Origin: an uncultured Collinsella sp.
GTDB taxonomy: Bacteria; Actinomycetota; Coriobacteriia; Coriobacteriales; Coriobacteriaceae
Direction of reading: 5' to 3'
Length of the DNA stretch: 64,000 nucleotides
NCBI GenBank assembly: GCA_902464495.1
Contig: CABQJK010000004.1
Location: 10,453 to 74,452 of the forward strand
A program made the position numbers and the translations under genes. Below, piece by piece: positions 10,267 through 21,441 of this stretch (its first letter is position 1; every line of letters starts with the position of its first letter). Below the pieces are notes generated by a model. The model was not told the DNA's origin and made no database searches. It worked only from the letters and a program-made list of their open reading frames with translations.

Positions 10267-11057
10267 TAGAAGACCACCACCTTGGAAGCATCGAACACGG
10301 GGCCGCACATACAAGCACCCTTCATACCGTCGACCGTCTCGACATTGCAGGTGTTGCAGGCGCCAAAGCCACAGCTCATCATGCGCTCGAGCGACACCTC
10401 GCAGTACACACCGGCCTCGGCGGCAGCGGCGGCGACCTTCTTCATCATGACGGCGGGGCCGCAGCTGGCGACGTAGTCGTAGCCGCCCTCTCCAAGCAGC
10501 TCGGCTGCCGGATCGGTGCAAAAACCGTGCGTGCCGAGCGAACCGTCGTCGGTGCACACGTTAACCGTGGCGCCCAGCGCACGGAACTCATCGACACCCA
10601 CGACTTTGGAAGCGGTGCCGAAGCCCAGGCACACGTCCACATCAACACCCTGCTCGGCAAGCATGCCGGCAAGACACAGCACAGGCGGAACGCCGATGCC
10701 ACCGGCGACGAGCAGTGCCTTCCTGGTGCCCTCGGGTACCATCCAGCCACGGCCACCGGGGCCCAACAGGTTAGAGGTGGAGCCAGGGCCCATCTGGGAC
10801 AAACGGCGGGTATCGTCGCCCACGACGGCGTACCACAGCTCGACGGTGCCGGCCTCGGCGTCGGCGCGGTAGAAACTCAAGGGCACACGAAGCAGAGAAG
10901 ACGCATCGCCGGGGACGGCGATGTTCACAAACTGACCGGGCTTGAGCGCACTTGCAAGCTTGGGGGCCGAGATGACGAGCGAGAAGATGCCGTCGGCGAT
11001 CTCCCGGTTCGAGACGACCTCGAAGTCGTGCATGCGTGCAGTGGAAGGTGTGGGCAT
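10266..11057 (-). CDS. pyrK: Dihydroorotate dehydrogenase electron transfer subunit
   Basis: PGQFV, AGGIGVPP, SLERMMSCGFGACNTC...CMCGPVF [2Fe-2S] motif. Confidence 0.95.
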   Translation of the reverse strand: MPTPSTARMHDFEVVSNREIADGIFSLVISAPKLASALKPGQFVNIAVPGDASSLLRVPLSFYRADAEAGTVELWYAVVGDDTRRLSQMGPGSTSNLLGPGGRGWMVPEGTRKALLVAGGIGVPPVLCLAGMLAEQGVDVDVCLGFGTASKVVGVDEFRALGATVNVCTDDGSLGTHGFCTDPAAELLGEGGYDYVASCGPAVMMKKVAAAAAEAGVYCEVSLERMMSCGFGACNTCNVETVDGMKGACMCGPVFDASKVVVF

Positions 11058-11149
11058 AGACGCTCCAATCCCCCATGCGGTTGCATGGTCTAAACGAACA
11101 GAAAGCGCGGCACCGCAAGGGCGCCGCGCACAAAAGCGATAAGGCTATG

Positions 11150-12422
11150 CTAGCAGATGCAGCCGTCGGCGAGCGTCTGCTTGCCACCGACAAATACATC
11201 GGTGGCACGACCGGTGAGCGTGCGGCCGGCAAAACCGGAGTTCTCGGCGCGCGACTCGTAACCGTCCTCGCCAACCGTCCAGGTTGCGGAGGGGTCGAAC
11301 ACGGTCAGGTCGGCGACAGAGCCCGCCTTGACCTGAACCTGATCGAGGCCCAGAATCTCACGCGGCTTGATGGCCATGAGCTCGACCATGCGGCTCACGC
11401 TCATCTTGCCCGTGTTGACCAGCTCAGTGAGCACGAGCGACAGCGAAGTCTCGAGGCCAATCATTCCAAAGGGCGCGAGCTCGAACTCGCGGGCCTTCTC
11501 CCACGGGGTGTGGGGAGCGTGGTCGGTAACGATAGCGTCGACGGTACCGTCGATGACACCCTGACGGATGGCCTCGGCATCCTCGTCGGTGCGCAGCGGC
11601 GGATTGACCTTGAGCGAGGTGTTGTAGGTCTCGTCCAGGTCGTTCTCGGTCAGGAACATGTGGTGCGGGGTGGCCTCGCAGGTCACCTGGACACCGGCAG
11701 CCTTACCGGCACGCACGAGCTCCAGGCCATGAGCGGTGGAGATGTGCTGGATGTGCAGCTTGGCACCGGTCAGCTTGGCAATCTCGATGTCGCGGGCAAT
11801 CTGAAGCTCCTCGCCGGCGGCCGGCCAACCCTCGAGGGCCAGACGGGTCGAGACCTTGCCCTCGTTGATCTGGCCGTGGCCGACCAGATCCTCGTCCTGG
11901 CAGTGGCTCATAAAGACCTTGCCGAACATCTTGCCGTAGTCCATGCAGCGACGGAGCATGCCCGCACCCTGCACGCCGCGACCGTCATCGGTGAAGGCGA
12001 CGGCGCCGTGGGCGACCATATCGCCCATCTCGGACATAGCCTCGCCCTTAAGGCCGCGAGTCATAGCACCAGAAGGATAGACGCGGCAGTGGCCGACCTC
12101 GGCAGCGCGGGACTTGACGAACTCAACGACGGTTCCGTTATCGGTAACGGGGTCGGTGTTGGGCATGGCGCACACGCCGGTGAAGCCGCCCTTGGCAGCA
12201 GCGCGGGTGCCGCTCTCGATGTCCTCTTTGACCTCGTAGCCAGGCTCGCGAAGGTGAACGTGCATATCCACCAGGCCGGGGACGAGGTACTTGCCGGAAA
12301 GGTCGCGGACCTCGGCTCCCTCGACGGCGAGATTCTCGCCGACCTCGGCGATCTTATCGCCGTCAATCAGGACGTCAACGACACCGTCAAGCTCGACGGA
12401 CGGGTCGACGACGTGGGCATTC

Positions 12423-12439
<17 letters not shown>
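11150..12439 (-). CDS. pyrC: Dihydroorotase
   Basis: DMHVHLREPG, MPNT, KVNPPLR, TDHAPH. Confidence 0.96.
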
Positions 12440-13968
<1,529 letters not shown>

Positions 13969-13995
13969 TCACATGTCTTGACTGCTGACACAGTC

Positions 13996-14116
13996 AAAAA
14001 AATAGATGCCCGACCGCTCAAAGCGGACCAGACACCCACAGGAAGGGCTGCTCTTTGGCAGCTATGTAATTCCATGTGGGTATCTCGTACCCCTTTAATG
14101 GTCAAGGGATAGTGTA
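13996..14116 (-). promoter_or_regulatory. pyr leader: -10 TACACT plus PyrR-type attenuator (binding loop, antiterminator, terminator with U7)
   Basis: Mutually overlapping stems: binding loop 14072-14101, antiterminator arms 14070-14084/14031-14044, terminator 14004-14037 with A7 at 13996-14002. Confidence 0.8.
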
Positions 14117-14407
14117 GCCAACCTTGAGCTTAATTGCGAGCATAAATACAGAGCAATCCGTAAACGGAGCCCTACGCTCAATAAACCTATATATATTTGT
14201 GGGACGAGCTTGAAAACCTTGTTGCGAGCTGGCATAATCCCCCCTGCTGCACGCAAATCGGATCTACGTCCAGGGCCGTGGCGTGGGCACTATCGCCAAA
14301 AGAGAAATATCTCTGTGTAGATTGCGCACAGGGAGTGACTTCTGTGCTATAGTTCAGGCTTGTTTGTTAACGCGACATGTTCGTTTGTCGCCCAAGGAGG
14401 GTCAGTT

Positions 14408-14596
14408 ATGTCCAAAGTTTGCGAAGTTTGCGGTAAGCACCCCGTTGCCGGTCGCTCCATCAGCCACTCTCACCGCGTCACCAACCGTAAGTTCCGCCCC
14501 AACATCCAGCGCGTCTACGTCGTCGTCGATGGTCACCGTCGCAAGATGAACGTTTGCTCCACCTGCCTCAAGTCCGGCAAGGTTGCGCGCTCCTAA
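14408..14596 (+). CDS. rpmB: 50S ribosomal protein L28 (zinc-ribbon type)
   Basis: MSKVCEVCGK...SHSHRVTNRKFRPNIQ...CSTCLKSG; AAGGAGG SD. Confidence 0.97.
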   Translation: MSKVCEVCGKHPVAGRSISHSHRVTNRKFRPNIQRVYVVVDGHRRKMNVCSTCLKSGKVARS

Positions 14597-14664
14597 ATAA
14601 GGTCTTACCAACAAGTACCTCGGACTCTCCGGGTCAAAGACCTCGCGTTCATATAGAACTTACC

Positions 14665-14697
14665 AAAGGCGTCCTCCCCTACGGAGGGCGCCTTTTT
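14665..14697 (+). terminator. Terminator after rpmB
   Basis: aaaggcgtcctcc/ggagggcgccttt stem followed by T-run. Confidence 0.8.
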
Positions 14698-14823
14698 GCA
14701 CTCATTGGGGACGGATTTAAATGAGTGTTTGCGAATGTCAAAGGGATCCTAACCCAGCTGATATGCCTTGTAGCTTGACCTGCGCCCAATAATTGAGGCG
14801 ATGCGGCAGGCGGATCGTTTTGT

Positions 14824-14853
14824 TAAAACGCTTCAGTATATTGAAGCGTTTTA
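14824..14853. promoter_or_regulatory. Palindromic operator upstream of adhE
   Basis: TAAAACGCTTCA-gtatat-TGAAGCGTTTTA; extended -10 TGcTATCAT at 14897-14905. Confidence 0.6.
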
Positions 14854-14945
14854 GTGTGCCTTTTACGGGAATCTTACCGTTTACCGAATTATTTCTTGCT
14901 ATCATGCAAGCCGTAGGGTAAATCTCCGATCGCAAGGAGACACAA

Positions 14946-17594
14946 ATGGTGAAAAAGTCACCGGAAAACACTACTCCCGCAATTGTGGACAACGTAGAGG
15001 CGCTTGAGGCTAAGCTCGCTCAGATGCGAGAGGCCCAGGCGCTTTTTGCTACGTACACGCAGGAGCAGGTCGACAAGATCTTCTATGAGGCCGCCATGGC
15101 CGCCAACAAGGCTCGTATCCCGTTGGCGAAGATGGCCATCGAGGAGACCGGCCGCGGCGTTCTTGAGGACAAGGTCATCAAGAACCACTACGCCGCAGAG
15201 TACATCTACAACGCTTACAAGAACACCAAGACCTGTGGCGTTCTGGAGCGCGACGAGGCCTACGGCATCACCAAGATCGCCGAGCCCATCGGCATCGTGG
15301 GCGCCGTCATCCCGACGACCAACCCCACCTCCACTGCGATCTTCAAGACGCTGATCAGCCTGAAGACCCGCAACGCCATCATCATCTCCCCGCACCCGGC
15401 TGCCGCCAAGTGCACCATCGCCGCCGCCAAGCTCGTGCTTGACGCCGCCGTCAAGGCCGGCGCCCCCGAGGGTATCATCGGCTGGGTCGATGTCCCCTCC
15501 ATCGAGCTGACCAACATGGTCATGCGCGACGTCGACATCATCCTCGCCACCGGTGGCCCGGGCATGGTCAAGGCCGCCTACTCCTCGGGCAAGCCCGCCC
15601 TGGGCGTTGGCGCCGGTAACACCCCGGTCGTCATCGACGACACCGCCGACGTGCTGCTCGCCGTCAACTCCATCATCCACTCCAAGACCTTCGACAACGG
15701 CATGATCTGCGCTTCCGAGCAGTCCGTGACCGTCATCGACACCATCTATGACCAGGTTAAGGCCGAGTTCCAGAAGCGCGGCTGCTACTTCGTCAAGCAG
15801 GGTGCCGAGATGGAGGCCCTGCGTGCCGCCATGTTCAAGAACGGCGCCCTCGATCACCGCATTCCCGGCATGGCTGCCGCCAAGATCGCCGAGCTCGCCG
15901 GCATCGAGGTTCCCGCCAAGACCAAGATCCTGATCGCCGAGGTCACCTCCACCGACCCCGCCAAGGAAGAGTTCTCCCACGAGAAGCTCTCCCCGGTCCT
16001 GGCCATGTATCACGCCAAGGACTTCCAGGAGGCCGTCGACAAGGCCGAGCACCTGGTGCTCGCCGGTGGCCCGGGCCACACCGCCTCTCTGTACGTGCAC
16101 CCCGCCCAGGCCGAGAAGATCAGTCTGTTCGAGCACGTCATGAAGGCCTGCCGTATCGTCATCAACACCCCGTCCTCGCACGGCGGCATCGGTGACCTGT
16201 ACAACTTTGGCATGAAGCCGTCTCTGACCCTGGGCTGCGGCTCCTGGGGCGGCAACTCCGTCTCCGAGAACGTTGGGGTGAAGCACTTGATCAACGTTAA
16301 GACTGTGGCCGAGCGCCGTGAGAACATGCTGTGGTTCCGCGCTCCCGAGAAGGTCTACTTCAAGAAGGGTTCCACGCCCGTCGCCCTCGACGAGCTCGGT
16401 ACCGTCATGGGCAAGAAGCGCGCCTTCATCGTCACCGACCAGTTCCTCTTCAAGAATGGCAACACCCGCGCCATCGAGGCCAAGCTCGACGAGATGGGCA
16501 TCGCCCACGACTGCTTCTACGACGTCGAGCCCGATCCGTCGCTGCAGTGCGCACGTCGCGGCGCCAAGCAGATGGCTCTCTTTGAGCCTGACGTGATCAT
16601 CGCCGTCGGCGGTGGCTCCGCTATGGACGCCGGCAAGATCATGTGGATGATGTACGAGCACCCCGAGTGCAAGTTTGAGGACATGGCCATGGACTTCATG
16701 GACATCCGCAAGCGTATCTTCACTTTCCCCGAGATGGGCAAGAAGGCCTACTTCGTCGCCGTCCCGACCTCTTCGGGTACCGGCTCCGAGTGCACGCCGT
16801 TCGCCATCATCACCGACAAGGAGACCGGCATCAAGTGGCCGCTCGCCGACTACGCGCTGCTCCCCAACATGGCTATCGTCGACGCCGACAACTGCATGAC
16901 CGCCCCGCGCGGCCTGACCGCTGCCTCCGGCATCGACGTCATGACCCACGCCATCGAGTCCTACGTCTCCATCATGGCTTCCGACTACACCAAGGGCCTC
17001 TCCGAGCGCGCTGCTAAGCTCGTCTTCGAGAACCTGCCCTCCAGCTTCACGAACGGCGCCAAGGACCCGCATGCCCGCGAGGAAATGCACAACGCCTCTT
17101 GCATGGCCGGTATGGCCTTCGCCAACGCCTTCCTGGGCCTCAACCACTCCATGGCTCACAAGCTCGGCGCCTTCCATCACCTACCCCACGGCCTCGCCAA
17201 CGCCGTCATCCTGACCCGCGTTATGCGCTACAACGCCGCCGAGGCTCCCGTCAAGATGGGTACCTTCTCCCAGTATCCTTACCCCAACGCGCTGCACAAC
17301 TACGCCGAGATGGCCAAGTACTGCGGCATCGAGGGCAAGGACGACAAGGAGGTCTTCGAGAACTTCATCACGAAGCTCGAGGAGCTCAAGGACTTCATCG
17401 GCGTCAAGAAGACCATCGCCGACTACGGTGTTGACGAGCAGTACTTCCTCGACACCCTCGACGAGATGACCGAGCAGGCATTCAACGACCAGTGCACCGG
17501 CGCAAACCCGCGCTACCCGCTCATGAGCGAGATCAAGGAGCTCTACCTGGACGCCTACTACGGCCGCGAGCCTCAGGACTACGCCGTCTGCTAG
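14946..17594 (+). CDS. adhE: Bifunctional acetaldehyde-CoA/alcohol dehydrogenase
   Basis: 882 aa; PTTNPTST, catalytic ICASEQ, LGCGSWGGNS, GGGSAMD, HSMAHKLG; strong codon bias. Confidence 0.97.
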   Translation: MVKKSPENTTPAIVDNVEALEAKLAQMREAQALFATYTQEQVDKIFYEAAMAANKARIPLAKMAIEETGRGVLEDKVIKNHYAAEYIYNAYKNTKTCGVLERDEAYGITKIAEPIGIVGAVIPTTNPTSTAIFKTLISLKTRNAIIISPHPAAAKCTIAAAKLVLDAAVKAGAPEGIIGWVDVPSIELTNMVMRDVDIILATGGPGMVKAAYSSGKPALGVGAGNTPVVIDDTADVLLAVNSIIHSKTFDNGMICASEQSVTVIDTIYDQVKAEFQKRGCYFVKQGAEMEALRAAMFKNGALDHRIPGMAAAKIAELAGIEVPAKTKILIAEVTSTDPAKEEFSHEKLSPVLAMYHAKDFQEAVDKAEHLVLAGGPGHTASLYVHPAQAEKISLFEHVMKACRIVINTPSSHGGIGDLYNFGMKPSLTLGCGSWGGNSVSENVGVKHLINVKTVAERRENMLWFRAPEKVYFKKGSTPVALDELGTVMGKKRAFIVTDQFLFKNGNTRAIEAKLDEMGIAHDCFYDVEPDPSLQCARRGAKQMALFEPDVIIAVGGGSAMDAGKIMWMMYEHPECKFEDMAMDFMDIRKRIFTFPEMGKKAYFVAVPTSSGTGSECTPFAIITDKETGIKWPLADYALLPNMAIVDADNCMTAPRGLTAASGIDVMTHAIESYVSIMASDYTKGLSERAAKLVFENLPSSFTNGAKDPHAREEMHNASCMAGMAFANAFLGLNHSMAHKLGAFHHLPHGLANAVILTRVMRYNAAEAPVKMGTFSQYPYPNALHNYAEMAKYCGIEGKDDKEVFENFITKLEELKDFIGVKKTIADYGVDEQYFLDTLDEMTEQAFNDQCTGANPRYPLMSEIKELYLDAYYGREPQDYAVC

Positions 17595-17611
17595 TTTTAG
17601 CACGGTTTTTA

Positions 17612-17650
17612 ACGGCGGGGGTGCACGGGTGTTTCACACACCCCCGCCGT
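17612..17650 (+). other. Intercistronic stem-loop between adhE and the kinase gene
   Basis: 12-bp perfect arms acggcgggggtg/cacccccgccgt, no U-tract. Confidence 0.6.
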
Positions 17651-17682
17651 CGCTTCTATCGCATCGTTGAAAGGATGCAACC

Positions 17683-18447
17683 ATGCTGCTACCCGATTCC
17701 AAGACCGAGCTCGTCCGCCGTGGCAACAAGGTCGTTTACGACCTGGGCGACAAGATTGTCAAGGTCTTTAACGAGACCAAGCCTGTCTCCGACGTGTTCA
17801 ACGAGGCTTTGAATCTTGCCCGCATCAATGAGTGCGGCATCCGCAGCCCCAAGGCTCTCGAGGTTTCCCAGCTCGAGAACGCCAACGGCTGGGCGCTCGT
17901 GACCGAGAAGGTTCCGGGCACCACCCTTGCCGAGAAGATGACTGCCGAGCCCCAGCGCTTTGGTGAGTATCTCGAGATGTTCGTCGACCTTCAGATTGAG
18001 ATCCACGGCTACACCTCCCCGCTGCTCAACCGTCAGCGCGACAAGTTCGCCCGCATGATCGACAGCCTTGATCAGCTCAATGCCACCACGCGCTACAACC
18101 TTCAGGAGCGTCTGGACGGCATGACCAAGGAGTTCAAGGTCTGCCACGGCGACTTCAACCCCTCCAACGTCATCGTCGGCGACGACGGCCAGCTCTATGT
18201 GTGCGACTGGGCACACGCCACCCAGGGCTCCCCTGCTGCCGACGTTGCCACCACCTACCTGCTCTTCGCCCTCAACAGCAAGGATCAGGCTGAGGCCTAC
18301 CTGGAGCTCTACTGCGACCGCGCAGACATGCCCATGCAGGTCGTGCGTCAGTGGACGAGCATCGTCGCCGCTTCCGAACTCGCTCGCAAGCGCAACGTGA
18401 ACGATGAGTTCCTGAAGAACTGGATCGACGTCGTCGATTATCAGTAA
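17683..18447 (+). CDS. APH/choline-kinase-fold phosphotransferase of unknown substrate
   Basis: VKVF (ATP Lys), CHGDFNPSNV Brenner motif, CDW. Confidence 0.85.
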   Translation: MLLPDSKTELVRRGNKVVYDLGDKIVKVFNETKPVSDVFNEALNLARINECGIRSPKALEVSQLENANGWALVTEKVPGTTLAEKMTAEPQRFGEYLEMFVDLQIEIHGYTSPLLNRQRDKFARMIDSLDQLNATTRYNLQERLDGMTKEFKVCHGDFNPSNVIVGDDGQLYVCDWAHATQGSPAADVATTYLLFALNSKDQAEAYLELYCDRADMPMQVVRQWTSIVAASELARKRNVNDEFLKNWIDVVDYQ

Positions 18448-18481
18448 TATCTGAGCGATTTATTTCGCATCGGAGGCACAA

Positions 18482-18521
18482 GAAAACCCCGCAGCTCATA
18501 TGGGCTGTGGGGTTTTCCTTT
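18482..18521 (+). terminator. Terminator of the adhE-kinase operon
   Basis: gaaaaccccgcagctca/tgggctgtggggttttc then T-rich. Confidence 0.75.
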
Positions 18522-18545
18522 ACCCATCGAGTTTATTCACGCAAC

Positions 18546-18592
18546 AAAATAGACTGCTCCGCATCTCTTCCTAAGAGAGATACGGAGCAGTC
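18546..18592 (-). terminator. Terminator after proS
   Basis: gactgctccg...cggagcagtc long stem, with aaaata on +. Confidence 0.7.
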
Positions 18593-18623
18593 CCGCAATT
18601 ACATCTAATAGCAGAAACGTCGA

Positions 18624-20345
18624 TTAACGGCGGGCCGCCTTAACAAGCTCGGCGACCTTGGCGACGACCTCGTCAATCGCCACGTCCTCGCGCTCGCCCG
18701 TGGCACGGTCCTTGAGCTCAACGGTGCCATTCTTAAGGCCACGCTTGCCAAGCACCACCTGATACGGAAATCCCATAAGGTCGTTATCGGCAAACTTAAA
18801 GCCGGGACGCTCGTCACGGTCGTCGACGACGACCTCGATACCCTCGGCGCACAAGCCCTCGACGATTTGGTCGCAGACGGTTGCGCACTCCTCCTTCTTG
18901 GGATCGAGCGGAATCACAGCGACCTCGTACGGGGCAACGGAAACCGGCCAGACGATACCGTGCTCGTCGTTGTGCTGCTCCACGACGGCAGCGAGCGAAC
19001 GGGACACGCCCACGCCGTAGCAACCCATGATAAGCGGCTTCTCCTTGCCGTCCTCGTCCATAAAGGTGGCACCCATGGCCTCGGAGTACTTGGTGCCCAG
19101 CTGGAAGACCTGGGAAACCTCGATGCCGCGAGCAGCAGAGAGCGGCTTGCCGCAGTGCGGGCAGGGATCGCCGGCGACGACGGTGACCAGGTCGGCCCAC
19201 TCGTCGACGGTAAAGTCGCGCTCGGGACAGGCACCGGTAAAGTGATAATCGACCTCGTTGGCACCGCAGGCCCACTGCTTGGACTCGCGCAGGCTCTCGT
19301 CGCACACCAGACGGATGCCCTCGGGCAGATTGACCGGTCCGATAAATCCCTTGTGCAGACCGTAGGTCTGGAGCTCCTCGTCGGTCATCATACGATAGCC
19401 CTTGCCAAAGACGTGCTCGGCCTTGCAGTCGTTGAGCTCGTGGTCGCCCGGGACAATGGCCACGACCGGCTTGCCCTCGGAGTCGATCAACGCCAGCGAC
19501 TTGCGCGTACCGTTCTCGGGGAAGCCGAAGAACTTGGCGACGGCCTCAATGGTGCCCATGCCCGGAGTCTCGACCTTGGTGAGCGTGCCGTCGCCGGGGC
19601 CCTCGGTCACAACGACCTTGGTGCTTGCGGCCTCGTCATCGGCAGCAAAGCCGCAATCGTCGCAGTAGACGAGCGAAGCCTCGCCGGCGTCGGCAAGAGC
19701 CATGTACTCGACGGAGGTGTCGCCGCCGATCTCGCCGGAGTCGGCGACAACGGGCAGAGCCTTGATGTAGCAGCGCTCACAGATGTTGGCGTAGGCCTGC
19801 TTCATCTTGTCGTACTCCTCCTGCAGACTCTCCTGCGTGGCAGAAAAGCTGTAGGCGTCCTTCATGATGAACTCACGGCCGCGCATCAGGCCAAAGCGGG
19901 GACGGAACTCATCGCGGAACTTGTCCTGAATGTGGTACAGGTTGACGGGCAGCTGCTTATAGGAGCGCAGCTCATTGCGCACCAGGGCGGTGACAGTCTC
20001 CTCGTGGGTGGGGCCCAGCACGAACTCGCGACCATGACGGTCGTCAAAGCGCACAAGCTCCTTGCCATAGGCGTCGATACGGCCGGACTCACGCCACAGC
20101 TCGGCATCGACCATGATGGGCATCATAAGCTCCTGGGCGCCGGCAGCGTCCATCTCGTCGCGCACGATGTTCTCAATCTTGCGGATCGAGCGCCAAGCAA
20201 GCGGCAGATAGGAATACAGGCCGGCGGCCTCCTTGCGGATCATGCCGGCACGGAGCAACAGGCGGTGGCTGGCGAGCTCAGCGTCCGCCGGATCCTCTTT
20301 AAGCGTCGGAGCATAGAGCTTAGACATATACATTGCTCGAGTCAT
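18624..20345 (-). CDS. proS: Prolyl-tRNA synthetase (with editing domain)
   Basis: LGPTHEE, FRDEFRPRFGLMRGREF, MGCYGVGVSR. Confidence 0.97.
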   Translation of the reverse strand: MTRAMYMSKLYAPTLKEDPADAELASHRLLLRAGMIRKEAAGLYSYLPLAWRSIRKIENIVRDEMDAAGAQELMMPIMVDAELWRESGRIDAYGKELVRFDDRHGREFVLGPTHEETVTALVRNELRSYKQLPVNLYHIQDKFRDEFRPRFGLMRGREFIMKDAYSFSATQESLQEEYDKMKQAYANICERCYIKALPVVADSGEIGGDTSVEYMALADAGEASLVYCDDCGFAADDEAASTKVVVTEGPGDGTLTKVETPGMGTIEAVAKFFGFPENGTRKSLALIDSEGKPVVAIVPGDHELNDCKAEHVFGKGYRMMTDEELQTYGLHKGFIGPVNLPEGIRLVCDESLRESKQWACGANEVDYHFTGACPERDFTVDEWADLVTVVAGDPCPHCGKPLSAARGIEVSQVFQLGTKYSEAMGATFMDEDGKEKPLIMGCYGVGVSRSLAAVVEQHNDEHGIVWPVSVAPYEVAVIPLDPKKEECATVCDQIVEGLCAEGIEVVVDDRDERPGFKFADNDLMGFPYQVVLGKRGLKNGTVELKDRATGEREDVAIDEVVAKVAELVKAARR

Positions 20346-21428
20346 TTACTTCTCCTCAATAAGCTTGTCGACCTCGGCCATAAGCGCGTCGACAATTTGG
20401 TCCTCAGCTACTTTACCAATGATCTGGCCATGCGAAAAGAGCAAGGCCTGACCACGTCCGCAAGCAACGCCCAGGTCGGCATCAGAAGCCTCACCGGGGC
20501 CATTAACGGCACATCCCATGACGGCAATCGAAAGCGGCGCGGCATAGTTCTTAAGCCGCTCGGTTACTTCCTCGGCGATGGGAATCAGGTTAACCTGGCA
20601 GCGGGCGCACGTGGGGCAAGAGACAATCTCGGGACCACGGCGACGCAGGCCCAGTGACTGCAAAATTCCCCAGGCGACCGGCGGCTCCTCAACCGGATCG
20701 GCCGTGAGCGACACACGCATGGTGTCGCCGATGCCTTCGGAAAGCAAGATACCCAAGCCTACAGAGCTCTTGATGGTGCCCTGAAGCTTGGTCCCCGCCT
20801 CCGTCACGCCCAGGTGGAGCGGAACATGCGGTATCTCGCGCGACAGGGCGCGATAGGTATCAAGCGTCGTCTGTACGCTATGGGCCTTGGCGGATAGCAC
20901 GATGTTGGTAAACCCACGGTCCTCAAAGTGCCGCACAAAGCGCTCGCTCGACATCACGAGCTTTTCGGGCTGCGTGAGGTCGTCGCGCTCGGCAATATCT
21001 TGCTCAAGCGAGCCCGCGTTCACGCCAATGCGAATCGCGCAGCCCGCGGCACCCGCGGCATCGATGACAGCGTCAACCTTGGCCCAATCGCCGATATTGC
21101 CGGGGTTGATGCGCAGCTTGGAGGCACCAGCCTCGACAGCGCCAATGGCGAGCTTATGGTTAAAGTGGATATCGGCGACAATCGGCACCGGAGACTCGGA
21201 ACAAATCGTGCGAAAGCCCTCGAGCGCAGCCTCGGTAGGCACGCTCACGCGCACGATATCGCAGCCAGCCTGCGCCAACGCGCACACTTGCGCAAGCGTT
21301 GCCTGGGCATCAGCGGTATCGGTGCAGGTCATAGACTGAACCACGACCGGAGCGCCACCACCGATCTGCACGCCGCCCACATGCACGGGGCGCGTCAACT
21401 CGCGAGGCAAAGGATGGGATAAAGACAA
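20346..21428 (-). CDS. ispG: HMBPP synthase IspG (TTG start inferred)
   Basis: VQSMT, ADIHF, RINPGN, HLGVTEAG, CPTCAR, MGCAVNGPGE. Confidence 0.96.
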   Translation of the reverse strand: MSLSHPLPRELTRPVHVGGVQIGGGAPVVVQSMTCTDTADAQATLAQVCALAQAGCDIVRVSVPTEAALEGFRTICSESPVPIVADIHFNHKLAIGAVEAGASKLRINPGNIGDWAKVDAVIDAAGAAGCAIRIGVNAGSLEQDIAERDDLTQPEKLVMSSERFVRHFEDRGFTNIVLSAKAHSVQTTLDTYRALSREIPHVPLHLGVTEAGTKLQGTIKSSVGLGILLSEGIGDTMRVSLTADPVEEPPVAWGILQSLGLRRRGPEIVSCPTCARCQVNLIPIAEEVTERLKNYAAPLSIAVMGCAVNGPGEASDADLGVACGRGQALLFSHGQIIGKVAEDQIVDALMAEVDKLIEEK

Positions 21429-21441
21429 TCCAAACACTCCC

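Noticed and set aside
14820..14838. Rex operator at adhE
   Set aside because: TTGTTAA half-site present, but the second half and spacing fit poorly; the LacI-like palindrome explains the sequence better
17683..18447. Kinase as an acquired aminoglycoside-resistance gene
   Set aside because: Host-like codon usage, no mobile context, only generic APH-fold motifs
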